37,999 bases of DNA. Origin: Fidelibacterota bacterium (GTDB taxonomy: Bacteria; Fidelibacterota; Marinisomatia; Marinisomatales; TCS56). Position 1 is the stretch's first letter. Each line of letters starts with the position of its first letter. The notes under the pieces are model-generated. The model saw only the letters and a list, made by a program, of their open reading frames with translations, did no database searches and had not been told where the DNA came from. The position numbers and the translations under genes are program-made. The DNA is taken from the NCBI GenBank assembly GCA_043822705.1, contig JBDRBK010000033.1, positions 1-37,999 on the forward strand, in the 5' to 3' direction. Below are positions 36,889 to 37,999 of the stretch, in pieces.

Positions 36889-37909
36889 GGAATAATCCTT
36901 GTTGTGTATCCGCGTCGTAAGCGCGCCCCAGCAAACTGAAAGCTTTGGGCTGGGCCACTCTGCCGCGGGTAGTGCGCTGAATAAAACCTTCCTTGATCAG
37001 GTACGGTTCGTAGACATCCTCGATCGTGGCCGAATCTTCACCAACCGCCACGGACAATGAACCGACACCGACGGGACCGCCGCTGAATTTATCGATCATG
37101 ACGGATAATATCCGGCGGTCCATATCATCCAAACCATGATCGTCGATGCCCAGTGCCGCCAGTGATGCCCGCGCCACCGCCAACGAAATTTTGCCGTCAG
37201 CCTTGATCTGGGCGTAATCACGGGTCCGGCGTAGAATGCGATTGGTGATCCGGGGGGTTCCCCGCGAACGGCGGGCGATTTCATGGGCGCCCTCATCATC
37301 GATGGTGATACCCAGGATTTCCGCCGACCGGTGAACGATCAGGAACAACTCCCGGGGTTCGTAATAATCGACCCGCAATACGACACCGAAACGGTCGCGC
37401 ATGGGTGAGGTGAGGTTGCCCAGCCGGGTGGTAGCGCCGATCAGGGTGAACGGTTCCACGTTGAGTTGTACGCTGCGGGCGCTGGGACCGCGATCGATCA
37501 TGATTTCGATCGTGTAATCCTCCATTGCCGAGTACAGATACTCTTCCACCACGCTACTCAAGCGGTGGACTTCATCGATAAAAAACACATCGCGACGGTT
37601 CAGGTTGGTCAGCATCCCGGCCAGATCGCCGGCCCGCTCGATGACCGGACCCGAGGACTGTTTCAGGTTGACCTGCAGTTCCCGGGCGATGATGTTGGCC
37701 AGCGTGGTTTTCCCCAGCCCCGGCGGTCCGAACAGCAGCACGTGATCCAAAGCTTCGCCGCGGGCGTTGGCGGCCTCGATGTAAAGCTTTAAATTATCGA
37801 CAACTTCCGTTTGTCCCACGAAATCATCAAAATGAGACGGGCGCAGCGATTTTTCCGCGGCGATATCGTCGTCGAATGGCTTCGGATCGGTTATATGAGT
37901 GTCTGTCAT
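36878..37909 (-). CDS. ruvB: Holliday junction branch migration helicase RuvB
   Basis: [65 protein letters not shown]. Confidence 0.98.
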   Translation of the reverse strand: MTDTHITDPKPFDDDIAAEKSLRPSHFDDFVGQTEVVDNLKLYIEAANARGEALDHVLLFGPPGLGKTTLANIIARELQVNLKQSSGPVIERAGDLAGMLTNLNRRDVFFIDEVHRLSSVVEEYLYSAMEDYTIEIMIDRGPSARSVQLNVEPFTLIGATTRLGNLTSPMRDRFGVVLRVDYYEPRELFLIVHRSAEILGITIDDEGAHEIARRSRGTPRITNRILRRTRDYAQIKADGKISLAVARASLAALGIDDHGLDDMDRRILSVMIDKFSGGPVGVGSLSVAVGEDSATIEDVYEPYLIKEGFIQRTTRGRVAQPKAFSLLGRAYDADTQQGLFHDK

Positions 37910-37999
37910 TGATTATGATTTAAATACACCAGAATCGATTGCTTATCGCCGCGAAAGTTACAACCTCGTTCAAGGGGTTGCCAAGGAAGGGATTTGGTA

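Noticed and set aside
8775..37792. Numerous plus-strand and alternate-frame ORFs of 60-245 aa (e.g. 9997-10638, 14136-14765, 16878-17612, 28898-29452)
   Set aside because: They are shadows of well-supported genes on the opposite strand or another frame, expected in GC-rich DNA, with no recognisable motifs.
1..37999. CRISPR array or additional cas genes to accompany the Cas6-like gene
   Set aside because: All intergenic gaps are short (the largest is about 220 nt) and none shows repeat-spacer periodicity; no other ORF has recognisable cas motifs.

Overview
A GC-rich, almost entirely minus-strand block of housekeeping genes from a bacterium that looks like a member of the FCB superphylum. That placement is inferred from the gene order and the PorV/PorQ-like and M1-barrel outer-membrane proteins; Ca. 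Marinimicrobia or a relative is plausible. In transcription order (right to left): ruvB-queA-ispD-ispF-ispE-tRNA-Gln(TTG)-prs-rplY-pth-hppA-rpsF-rpsR-rplI; one plus-strand glycosyltransferase; hutH and three glycosyltransferases; two outer-membrane hypotheticals, an amidase and folC; rho-[Cas6-like]-aspC-rpmE-DUF1385-prfA-prmC-[DGGGP-synthase-like UbiA]; an AT-rich lipoprotein insert; priA, a PorV/PorQ-like protein, an M1-peptidase-like protein, an aldo/keto reductase and a partial DEAD/DEAH helicase. The main finding is a solo Cas6b-like gene (14049-15089). No CRISPR array or other cas gene is in the window, the Cas6 domain has no histidine, it carries a ~125-aa disordered tail, and it sits directly behind rho, overlapping aspC. 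It is a candidate CRISPR protein repurposed for housekeeping RNA metabolism. The adjacent rho has a single in-frame TAA at a conserved Ser. The M1-like protein has lost its HEXXH zinc motif (REIIR). All family calls come from motif recognition by eye, not database searches.
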